A stretch of 64,000 bases of DNA from Rhizobacter sp. (GTDB lineage Bacteria > Pseudomonadota > Gammaproteobacteria > Burkholderiales > Burkholderiaceae_C). The translations under genes were made by a program, and so were the position numbers. The stretch spans positions 4,257,220-4,321,219 of the forward strand of contig JAHBZQ010000001.1 in assembly GCA_019635355.1 (NCBI GenBank). Direction: 5' to 3'. Position 1 is the first letter of the stretch. Each line of letters begins with the position of its first letter. The notes beneath the pieces are model-generated. The model was not told the DNA's origin. It did no database searches and saw nothing but the letters and a program-made list of their open reading frames with translations. Below, one piece after another: positions 56,596 through 64,000 of this stretch.

Positions 56596-57180
56596 GTGGC
56601 ACTTCCCGGGCTGGCCGAGCCGGCCGACATCGACGCGCTGATCGCCGGTCGCCTGCTGGCCTTGCGCCAGGCGCGGGGCTTGAGCCTCTCGGAGCTGGCC
56701 GCGCTCTGTGGTGTGAGCAAGGCCACGGTGTCGAAGGTCGAGCGTGCGCAAAGCAGCCCGAGCGCAGCCATCCTCGGGCGCCTGGCGGCGGGGCTGGGCA
56801 TCCCGCTCGCCCAGCTGCTGACCGATGACGCGGCTCCACCCACCGAGCGCGTGCGGCGCCGGGCCGAGCAGCCGGTGTGGCGCGACCCGGCGCAGGGTTA
56901 TCGCCGTCGCCAGGTGGCCGAGCGCGATGCGGTGCACGGCCCGGAGATGGTCGAGATCGAGTTGCCGCGTGGCGCCCAGGTGCACTACCCGCGCTGGAGC
57001 GGCAAGCCGTACCGGCAGCGCCTGTGGATGGTCGAGGGCGAGCTGCGCGTGGCTTACGGCGACGAGGTCTACGAGCTCGCGCCGGGCGACTGCCTCGATT
57101 TCGGCGTCGACCGCGCCTTGTCGTTCAAGGCGCTCGGTGGGCGCGGCTGCCGCTACCTGCTGGTCGTCGCGGCCGGCTGA
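56596..57180 (+). CDS. XRE-family HTH plus cupin regulator
   Basis: RQARGLSLSELAALCGVSKATVSKVERAQSSPS; C-terminal cupin (EGELRV..LAPGDCL). Confidence 0.92.
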   Translation: MALPGLAEPADIDALIAGRLLALRQARGLSLSELAALCGVSKATVSKVERAQSSPSAAILGRLAAGLGIPLAQLLTDDAAPPTERVRRRAEQPVWRDPAQGYRRRQVAERDAVHGPEMVEIELPRGAQVHYPRWSGKPYRQRLWMVEGELRVAYGDEVYELAPGDCLDFGVDRALSFKALGGRGCRYLLVVAAG

Positions 57181-57184
57181 ACGC

Positions 57185-57817
57185 TCAAGCCGCGGGCCGC
57201 GCGCGCAGGCCGTTCAGCACCATGTCGAGGTACTGCTCCACCACCTGCACCGCGCTGAGCGGGCCGCCCGGCTTGTGCCAGCGCGGGAGGTAGTTCACGC
57301 CCGAGAGCAGCAGCCGCGTGGCGAGCGCCGGGTCGATCTCGCGCAGCGCGCCTTGCGCCACGGCGTCGCTCACGCACTGGCGCAGCAGGCGCTCGAAGCG
57401 GTCGCGCTCGGGCACCACCGCCTGGCGCTGGGCGGGGTCGAAATTCGACCAGAAGGTGTTCGACGAGCTGATCCAGCCGGCGCGGTCGCGGTCGATGTGG
57501 TCGGCGCTGCACAGCAGGAAGACGCGGATCTTCTCCAGCGGGTCGGTGACGCCGGCCACCGCCTCGGTCACACGCTCGACGAGCGCCGCCATGCGCCCGG
57601 CCACCACCCGCTGGAAGAGCGCTTCCTTCTCGGGGAACCAGTAGTACAGCGCCGCCTTGGTGATGCCCGCCTGCTCGGCGATGTCGCGCAGCGAGGTGCC
57701 TTCGTAGCCCTTCTGGGCGAAGAGGCTGGCGGCGATGGTCACCAGCTGCTCTTCGCGCAGCCCACCCTCGGGGGCGGTCTTGCGGGCGGTGGTGGCGGGG
57801 GTCTTCTTGGCGGGCAT
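57185..57817 (-). CDS. TetR/AcrR-family regulator (KstR2-like C-terminus)
   Basis: AASLFAQKGYEGTSLRDIAEQAGITKAALYYWFPEKE; RWHKPGGPLS. Confidence 0.93.
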   Translation of the reverse strand: MPAKKTPATTARKTAPEGGLREEQLVTIAASLFAQKGYEGTSLRDIAEQAGITKAALYYWFPEKEALFQRVVAGRMAALVERVTEAVAGVTDPLEKIRVFLLCSADHIDRDRAGWISSSNTFWSNFDPAQRQAVVPERDRFERLLRQCVSDAVAQGALREIDPALATRLLLSGVNYLPRWHKPGGPLSAVQVVEQYLDMVLNGLRARPAA

Positions 57818-57878
57818 GGTGCACTCGGGCGGGCCCTGCATCGGGCGCCGGGATCATATCGACAAGCCGGTGCGGCCC

Positions 57879-58997
57879 CTACAGCACCCGCCGCACCGCC
57901 GGCAGGCGCAGCAGCACGCCGGCGAGCCAGTAGCACACGAGGCCGGCGGCGCATCCGGTGACGGCGAACTTCAGGAGCGCGGGCGCCGGCACGCCGCGCC
58001 ACGCGAGCGCGATGGCCACCACCGGCAGCGGGTGGATCACGTACATCGCATACGCCCGGCGCGAGAGCTTCTGCCACAGCGGCGATGACACGGTGTCGCC
58101 GCGTTGCACGCGTGCCAGCAGCCAGAGGATCACGCCCCAGGCGACGAAGGGCTCCCAGAAGGCGTACAGCAGGGCCGGCAGGTTCCAGCCCCCCATCGGG
58201 TCGGCCTGGAAGAGCGGCACCGCGTCTTTCAGCAGGCCGAGCGGCGCGAGCAGCGGCACCGTGCACCAGGCGATGCGGCGCCAGCGGCGCACTTGCGGCG
58301 CGGGCACCTGACCGAGCCAATCGTGTTGGGCCGCGAGCTTGCCGGCCACGTAGAGGATCACGTAGCCCGCGAAGTAGCCGAGCTGCAGCCCCCACCACGT
58401 GCTGCCCACTGGCCACACGAGCCGCAAGGCGAAGGCCGCCGTGCCCCACACGAGCGCTGCCAGCAGCAGCTGCCGGTCGGACGGCGGCGGCCTCGTGCCT
58501 CGATGCGGCCAGCCGGCCACGCGGTGCACGAGCAGCGAAGCGAGTGCCATCAGCAGCAAGGCGGTCGCAAACCACAGCGGCCCTTGCTCGAAGACGCCGC
58601 GCCGCCACAGCGCAGCGAGCACCTGCGTGAATTCGCGCTCGCGCAGCGTGCTCTGCACCAGGGCGATGGTCACCGGCCCGAGCAGCCAGCCGAACACGAG
58701 CAGCGGAATGCCCAGCCGCACGAGCCTGTCGCCCAGGAAGCGAGCCGCGCTCTTGCGCTCCAGGGCCTGCGGCGTGAAGTACCCCGCGATGAGGAAGAAG
58801 AGGCCCATGAACCAGGCCTGGTTGATGGCGCAGAAGAAGGTGAGCAGGATCGACGACGGCCTGTCGCCCTGTGTCAGCTCCCGGTAGAACCAGCCCCCCG
58901 CGCCGCCGTAGGTGATGGCGGTGTGGTGAAAGATCACCAGCAGGGTGACGCCTGCCTTCAGCCGGTCGAGCCCGTCGTGGCGCCCGGCCGTTCCCAT
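57879..58997 (-). CDS. Acyltransferase family 3 (OpgC/MdoC-like) membrane protein
   Basis: True start MGTAGRHDGLDRLK at 58997, overlapping the upstream TGA; VIFHH, FFLIAGYF, RLVRLGIP, PLWF and YVIHP; about 10 TM. Confidence 0.88.
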   Translation of the reverse strand: MGTAGRHDGLDRLKAGVTLLVIFHHTAITYGGAGGWFYRELTQGDRPSSILLTFFCAINQAWFMGLFFLIAGYFTPQALERKSAARFLGDRLVRLGIPLLVFGWLLGPVTIALVQSTLREREFTQVLAALWRRGVFEQGPLWFATALLLMALASLLVHRVAGWPHRGTRPPPSDRQLLLAALVWGTAAFALRLVWPVGSTWWGLQLGYFAGYVILYVAGKLAAQHDWLGQVPAPQVRRWRRIAWCTVPLLAPLGLLKDAVPLFQADPMGGWNLPALLYAFWEPFVAWGVILWLLARVQRGDTVSSPLWQKLSRRAYAMYVIHPLPVVAIALAWRGVPAPALLKFAVTGCAAGLVCYWLAGVLLRLPAVRRVL

Positions 58998-59740
58998 CAG
59001 CGGCCCTTGAAGTTCGGCGTGCGCTTCTCGGCCCAGGCGGCCGCGCCTTCCTTCAGGTCGTCGGACTCGGCGGCGCGCGCGATGTCGCGCTGCAGGTCGG
59101 TCGCGTCGAGCGTGCCGCGGGCGATGCGGGTGAGGTGCTTCTTCATGCCGAGCAGCGCGAGCGGCGCCATCTGCGCGAGCGTCTGGGTGAGCTGGTCGGC
59201 GGTGTGCGTGAGTTCGTAGGCTGGCACGAGGTGCGTGAGGAAGCCGCAGGCGTGCATCTCGCGCGCGCCGATGCGCTCGGCGGTGAGGAAGAGGCGCTTG
59301 GCCATGTTGATGCCGAGCCGGCTCACGTAGCGCTCCATGCCGCGCTGGTAGAAGTGCAGGCCGAGCCGCGCGGCGGGCATGAACATGTCGACCGCGTCGC
59401 AGCCGATGCGGAAGTCGCAGGCGAGTGCCATGTCGGTGCCGCCGCCGTACACACCGCCTTGCAGCACGGCGATGGTGACGGGGCGCGCGTCTTCGATTGC
59501 ATCGACCATCTGGTCGAAGCTCACGCCGCGGGCGCTGCCGATCTGGCCGATGTCGTAGCCGCTGCAGAAGTACTTGCCTTCGGCCTGCAGGCGCAGCACC
59601 AGCACCGCCTCGTTGGCGTTGATGGCGGCCACATGCTCCGACAGGGCGGCCAGGTCTTCCGGTGCGAGGCGGTTGGCTTGCTGCGGCCGGCGCAGCGTGA
59701 TGGTGGCGATGTGGTCCTGGATCGAGAGATCGGGTGTCAT
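58997..59740 (-). CDS. Crotonase-fold (enoyl-CoA hydratase/isomerase family) protein
   Basis: FCSGYDI and GGGTDMALACDFRIG..MPAARLG. Confidence 0.9.
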   Translation of the reverse strand: MTPDLSIQDHIATITLRRPQQANRLAPEDLAALSEHVAAINANEAVLVLRLQAEGKYFCSGYDIGQIGSARGVSFDQMVDAIEDARPVTIAVLQGGVYGGGTDMALACDFRIGCDAVDMFMPAARLGLHFYQRGMERYVSRLGINMAKRLFLTAERIGAREMHACGFLTHLVPAYELTHTADQLTQTLAQMAPLALLGMKKHLTRIARGTLDATDLQRDIARAAESDDLKEGAAAWAEKRTPNFKGR

Positions 59741-59773
59741 GTGCCCGATTCTCTATGCCTCCACGCGGCGTGA

Positions 59774-60583
59774 CTAGCGGCCTCTGAACTCCGGCCGGCG
59801 CTTTTCCATGAAGGCCTTGCGGCCCTCGATGTAGTCCTCGCTGTTGAAACACTGGTCGATCATCGCGGCCACGTGCGAGGCATCGGTGCGCGAGTAGCGC
59901 TCGAAGGTGTTGACCGCCGCCTTGGCGGCGCGGATCGTGAGCGGCGCATTGCGGGCGATGGCGCCGGCGTACTGGCGCACATGCTCTTCGAGGGTGGCCT
60001 CGGGCACCACGGTGTTGAGCAGGCCCATGCGCAGCGCTTCGGGCGCGTCGAAGAAGCGGGCGCTGAAGAGGATGTCGCGCGCCGACGAGGGGCCGACGAG
60101 GCGCGCCAGCGCCGCCACGCCGCTGTAGTCGTAGCCGAGGCCCAGCTTCGCGGCGGGGATGCCGAAGGTGGAGCCCTCGGCGGCGATGCGCACGTCGGCG
60201 CTCAGCGACACCGCCAGGCCGCCGCCGATGCAAAAGCCCTGGATCATCGCGATCAGCGGCTTGTCGAGCTTGTTGAGCCAGATGCGCCCGGCTTCGGCCA
60301 CCTCGCCGTACTGCTTGCGCTGCTCGGCGTTGGAGCGCTTCTCGCCGAACTCGGAGATGTCGGCCCCCGAGGCGAAGGCCTTGCCACCGGCGCCCTTCAT
60401 CACCACCACGCGCACGGCGTCGTCGTGCTGGAAGGCTTGCAGCGCGTCACCGAGGCCGGCCCACATCTCCAGCGAGATCGCGTTGCGGCGCTCGGGGTTG
60501 TTGAAGGTGAGCCAGCCGATGCCGCCTTCCACCTGGGCGATGAGTTTGTCGGTCTTCAGGGGAACGTTGACGAGGGCGCTCAC
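59774..60583 (-). CDS. Crotonase-fold (enoyl-CoA hydratase/isomerase family) protein
   Basis: GTG start overlapping the CoA-transferase stop; FASGADI, GGGLAVSLSADVRI..IPAAKLGLGY, NAPLT and EGRKAFMEKR. Confidence 0.9.
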   Translation of the reverse strand: MSALVNVPLKTDKLIAQVEGGIGWLTFNNPERRNAISLEMWAGLGDALQAFQHDDAVRVVVMKGAGGKAFASGADISEFGEKRSNAEQRKQYGEVAEAGRIWLNKLDKPLIAMIQGFCIGGGLAVSLSADVRIAAEGSTFGIPAAKLGLGYDYSGVAALARLVGPSSARDILFSARFFDAPEALRMGLLNTVVPEATLEEHVRQYAGAIARNAPLTIRAAKAAVNTFERYSRTDASHVAAMIDQCFNSEDYIEGRKAFMEKRRPEFRGR

Positions 60584-61776
60584 GCGATGGCTCCTTGTTC
60601 TTTCAGGTTGTCGATGGTGTTGGCGTCGAAGCCCAGCTCGGCGAGCAGCTCGCGCGAGTGTTCGCCGGCATCGGGCGCGGCATGGTGGAAGGCCTCGGGG
60701 TGCGGGAAGGCCGACAGGTTGATCGGCGTGCGCACGAGATTCACCTCGCCGAGCACCGGGTGACGGGCGGGGCGCGTCATGCGCAGGTGCTTCGTCTGCG
60801 GGTCGTTGAAGGCCTGGCCGATGTCGTTGATGGGGCCGCAGGGCACGCCGACGGCGTTGAGCTTCTCCACCAGTTCGGAGGTGGAGAAGCGGCGGGTGAG
60901 CGTGTTGACATCGACGTTGAGGCGCTCGCGGTGCTTCACGCGCGAGCGCACGTCCACGTAGTCGGGGTCGTTGAAGAGGTCGTCGGCGTGCAGCACCTTG
61001 CACATCGCGGCCCACATCTTCTGCGTGCTCGCGGCCACGTTGACGAGGCCGTCGTTCGCCTCGAACACGCCCATCGGCACGGCGGTCGGGTGGAAGTTGC
61101 CCTGCTGGCGCGGCACCTCACCGCTCATGGTGTAGCGCGCGCCCTGGAAGTCGAGCTTGTTGAGCATCGATTCCAGCAGCGAGGTGTGCACCCATTGGCC
61201 CTCGCCCGTGTGTTCGCGGTGGAGCAGGGCGAGCAGGATGCCCTGGCCGAGGAACATGCCGGCCGAGGTGTCGCTCACCGCGATGCCGGCGCGCATGGGG
61301 CCGTGGCCGGGCTCGCCGGTGATCGACATCAGGCCGGCGAGGCCCTGCACGATCTGGTCGACGCCAGGGCGGTCGCGGTAGGGGCCGTCCTGGCCGAAGC
61401 CGGAGATGCTCGCCAGGATGATGCGCGGGTTGATGGCCTTGAGCTGCTCGTAGTCGAGGCCGAGGCGCGTCTTCACGTCGGCGCGGAAGTTCTCCACCAC
61501 CACGTCGGCTTTCTTCACCAGGTCGTGCAGGAGCGCGATGCCCTTCGGGTGCTTGAGGTCGATGCACAGGCTGCGCTTGTTGCGGTGCAGGTTCTGCTCG
61601 TCGGCGTTGCGGCGCAGGGCGCCGGTGATGTTGCCGGTCGACTGCTTGGGCGGCGCTTCGATGCGGATCACGCGCGCGCCCCAATCGGCGAGCAGGCGCA
61701 CGGCGGTGGGGCCGGCGCGCGCGATGGTGAGGTCCAGCACGGTGTAGCGGGACAGGGGGAGGGCTGCTGTCGTCAT
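60580..61776 (-). CDS. Class III CoA-transferase (CaiB/BaiF family)
   Basis: RAGPTAVRLLADWGA, HRNKRSLCIDLK, ADVVVENFR, ISGFGQDGPY and PGVDQIVQ. Confidence 0.95.
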   Translation of the reverse strand: MTTAALPLSRYTVLDLTIARAGPTAVRLLADWGARVIRIEAPPKQSTGNITGALRRNADEQNLHRNKRSLCIDLKHPKGIALLHDLVKKADVVVENFRADVKTRLGLDYEQLKAINPRIILASISGFGQDGPYRDRPGVDQIVQGLAGLMSITGEPGHGPMRAGIAVSDTSAGMFLGQGILLALLHREHTGEGQWVHTSLLESMLNKLDFQGARYTMSGEVPRQQGNFHPTAVPMGVFEANDGLVNVAASTQKMWAAMCKVLHADDLFNDPDYVDVRSRVKHRERLNVDVNTLTRRFSTSELVEKLNAVGVPCGPINDIGQAFNDPQTKHLRMTRPARHPVLGEVNLVRTPINLSAFPHPEAFHHAAPDAGEHSRELLAELGFDANTIDNLKEQGAIA

Positions 61777-61815
61777 GTGTTTTGTTTGTCTGGCGCGCTC
61801 TTATCTCGCGCGCTC

Positions 61816-63369
61816 TTACCTGGCATAGAGCGAACTGCCCGGGTGGAAGGCGGGCACCTGCGCGATGGCTTGGCGCTCTGCACCTCGCGGGTCGTTGACG
61901 ACGGCGGTGTCGGCCGAGAAGACCATCGTCGCGCGCTCGTTGAGGGAATAGGTGGGCCAGGTCGGCAGCTCGTCGTGCTGCGGGTTGCCGGTGCGGGCGA
62001 ACTGCGCCCACGCGCGCATCATCTGGCGCTCGAGCTTCGGCAGCTCCGGCCCGTCGCCGGTGAAGGCGTGGGCGAGCGCAACGTTGCCGAACACGAAGGG
62101 GATCTCGGCGGTGTGCGGCGACATGAACTTGCCGCCGAGCACCGCGCTCTCCCACGCGAACTCGTAGGCGTAGACCGGGGCGGTGCCCTGCTTCACCTTC
62201 TGCTCGGCGCCGGTGATGTTGTTGAGGCGGTAGAGGTAGTCGCTCGCGATGTAGGCGAGCAGCTCGCTGCCGGGGGCGTTCGGGTGCTCGCGCTCGTAGA
62301 CCGCGAGCACGGCCTCGGCCTGGGCCTCGTCGACGCGCAGGAAGCGCTTGATGCGCTGGCGCGCCTCGTCACCCTCGACGGTGAAGTTCGTCGGGTCGGC
62401 CGCGAGGAAGAAGGTCGCTTCGGTGCGTGTGTGGCCGATCATCAGCGGCACGCTCGCCGACACCTCGGGCGCGGTCGGGTGGAACGGGTGGCGCTTCAGC
62501 GTGCGGCCGTCGATCACCGGGCGGAAGCTGTCTTGCCCGCCGCTCGCACCCACCACCGATTGCATCGCGTGCAGCAGCGTCGTGGCGGGCACGGCCTGCA
62601 GTGCGGCGAAGTCACCCTCGGGCAGCTCGAGCTTCTGGAACAGCTTGCGCGTGGCCGCTTCGCATTCCTCGCGCGGCTGCACGCGAAAGCCCGACGACGA
62701 GCTCTGCACGATGGCGCGGTGGAAGAGGCCTTGCGCTTCGGCCATCGCCATCAGGATGGCGACCTTCGCACCACCGCCCGACTGGCCGAAGATCGTCACG
62801 CAGCCGGGGTCGCCGCCGAAGCGTGCGATGTTGTCGCGCACCCAGCGCAGCGCGGCCACGAGGTCGAGCATGCCGGCGTTGCCCGCATCGGCGAAACGCG
62901 GGTCGCTGTTGGCGAGCGGCGTGAGGTAGCCGAAGAGGTTGAGCCGGTGGTTGACGGTGACGAGCACCACGTCTTCACGCTGCGTGAGCGAGGCGCCGTC
63001 GTACACGTGCGAGCTGCCCGAGCCGAGCGCGAACGCGCCGCCGTGCAGGTAGACCATCACCGGGCGCTGGCGCGCATCGGCCGCGGGGGTGTCGACGTTG
63101 AGCACCAGGCAGTCTTCGCCGAGCGGTGCATCGCTCGCGAGCCACTGGAAGATGCGTGTGCGCGGTGTGACGATCTGCGGGCAGCTGGAGCCGTAGGCGG
63201 TGGCCTCGCGCACGCCGCTCCACGGCGTGGCCGGTTGGGGAGGCAGGAAACGGTGGGCGCCGCCGGTGTCGGCGGCGTAAGGGATGCCGCGGAAGCTGAA
63301 GCCGCCGCCTGCACGGGCGCTGCCGCGCACCCGGCCGAGCGTGGTCTCGACGATGGTGGAGTCTGTCAT
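61816..63369 (-). CDS. Type-B carboxylesterase (PnbA/lipase family)
   Basis: FRGIPYA, EDCLVLNV, HGGAF, FGQSGGG nucleophile, TEA (Glu) and HTAEIPFVFG. Confidence 0.94.
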   Translation of the reverse strand: MTDSTIVETTLGRVRGSARAGGGFSFRGIPYAADTGGAHRFLPPQPATPWSGVREATAYGSSCPQIVTPRTRIFQWLASDAPLGEDCLVLNVDTPAADARQRPVMVYLHGGAFALGSGSSHVYDGASLTQREDVVLVTVNHRLNLFGYLTPLANSDPRFADAGNAGMLDLVAALRWVRDNIARFGGDPGCVTIFGQSGGGAKVAILMAMAEAQGLFHRAIVQSSSSGFRVQPREECEAATRKLFQKLELPEGDFAALQAVPATTLLHAMQSVVGASGGQDSFRPVIDGRTLKRHPFHPTAPEVSASVPLMIGHTRTEATFFLAADPTNFTVEGDEARQRIKRFLRVDEAQAEAVLAVYEREHPNAPGSELLAYIASDYLYRLNNITGAEQKVKQGTAPVYAYEFAWESAVLGGKFMSPHTAEIPFVFGNVALAHAFTGDGPELPKLERQMMRAWAQFARTGNPQHDELPTWPTYSLNERATMVFSADTAVVNDPRGAERQAIAQVPAFHPGSSLYAR

Positions 63370-63370
63370 G

Positions 63371-63397
63371 GCCTTGTTCAGATATATCTGATAAGGC
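63371..63397. promoter_or_regulatory. Long palindromic operator upstream of the esterase gene
   Basis: GCCTT-GT-TCAGATATATCTGA-T-AAGGC with a perfect 14-bp core at 63378-63391; half-site ACAGATATGT follows. Confidence 0.65.
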
Positions 63398-63449
63398 TAC
63401 AGATATGTACTCCCATCGTCAACGGGCCTTGCCCGGGTACGGGCTCCCG

Positions 63450-64000
63450 TCAGAGAGCGGCCTTGTAGCGCGCGATCATTTCTTCCTGCGTCTCGACCGG
63501 GCCTTCCATGCCGCTCTGGTCGCGAATCATCTCGCCAAGCGTCGGCAGCGCGGAGCGTTTCACCTGCGACGCCGGGTCCCACAGCCGCGATCGCATGAAG
63601 GCCTTGGGGCAGTGCAGGTAGATCTCGTCGGTGCTGACGACGATGGCGAGCTTGGGCGCGCGTTTGTCGTCGGGCAGGGCTGCGAGATGCGCCGGGTCGC
63701 GCGAGAGGTGAGCCGCGCCGTTGACGCGCAGCGTCTCGTCCACGCCCGGGATCATGAAGATGAGCCCGACCTTTCCGGTCTCGACGATGTTGCGCATCGA
63801 GTCGAGGCGGTTGTTGCCGGGCGAGTCGGGGATGAGCAGGGTGTGCTCGTCCCAGGCTTTGATGAAGCCCGGCGCGCCTCCGCGCGGCGACGCATCGGGC
63901 ATGCCGCTCGCGCCGCTGGTGGCCACCACGACAAAGGGCGTGAGCTCGATGAAGCGCAGGCTGTGCTTCTCGAGCGTCGAGAGCTGCTTGCGCATCGCCC
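63450..64000 (-). CDS. Pyridoxamine 5'-phosphate oxidase-like FMN-binding protein (MSMEG_1061 family); N-terminus beyond the right edge
   Basis: DASPRGGAPGF, PDSPGNNRLDS, ETLRVNG and IYLHCPKAFMRSRLW; frame open to the window end. Confidence 0.9.
   Translation of the reverse strand, partial: AMRKQLSTLEKHSLRFIELTPFVVVATSGASGMPDASPRGGAPGFIKAWDEHTLLIPDSPGNNRLDSMRNIVETGKVGLIFMIPGVDETLRVNGAAHLSRDPAHLAALPDDKRAPKLAIVVSTDEIYLHCPKAFMRSRLWDPASQVKRSALPTLGEMIRDQSGMEGPVETQEEMIARYKAAL

Noticed and set aside
61794-61818. 11-bp direct repeat GCGCGCTCTTA at the esterase stop codon
   Set aside because: It could be an insertion scar, but nothing lies between the copies and both flanking genes are intact. Most likely a trivial local duplication.

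Overview
GC-rich bacterial chromosomal window. Gene content and protein style suggest a Burkholderiales-type betaproteobacterium (inference). I see no rRNA, tRNA, CRISPR array, integrase or transposase. From left to right it holds seven blocks. (1) 1-11354: a pectin/hexuronate utilisation island with a lactonase, TRAP transporter, uronate dehydrogenase, PL10 pectate-lyase lipoprotein, FadR/GntR regulator, TctC-type binding protein, aldolase, tartronate-semialdehyde reductase and glycerate kinase; four copies of a candidate operator are readable. (2) 11.6-18 kb: small unknown genes, including a probable tandem-AP2 DNA-binding protein, a Tat lipoprotein lipase, a TPR + HupE/UreJ pair and a Lys/Ala-rich secreted peptide. 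(3) 18-22 kb: VOC, TetR, porin and acyl-CoA ligase. (4) 22.5-35 kb: a Cache-PAS-GGDEF-EAL gene tail-to-tail with a bphO-bphP-RR-hybrid kinase light-sensing operon, which is divergent from a ku-ligD-topoisomerase IB operon where TopIB overlaps the ligD stop codon. (5) 36.5-56 kb: an acyl-CoA catabolic island with a tandem double-TetR regulator, an Opp-type ABC system with duplicated binding proteins, a hydrolase, an LvaC/ACAD11-like dehydrogenase, two SDRs, a heteromeric ACAD pair and an acyl-CoA ligase; its promoters share TTCGAA-core motifs. (6) 56-57.8 kb: GNAT, XRE and TetR genes. (7) 57.9-64 kb: an esterase, CoA-transferase, two non-canonical crotonases and acyltransferase-3 operon. The best candidates for undescribed biology are the NHEJ-TopIB operon beside the phytochrome operon, the 4-hydroxy-acid/lactone-like catabolic island, the AT3/crotonase operon and the AP2-like protein. 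All family assignments come from motif recognition by eye; no database searches were run.
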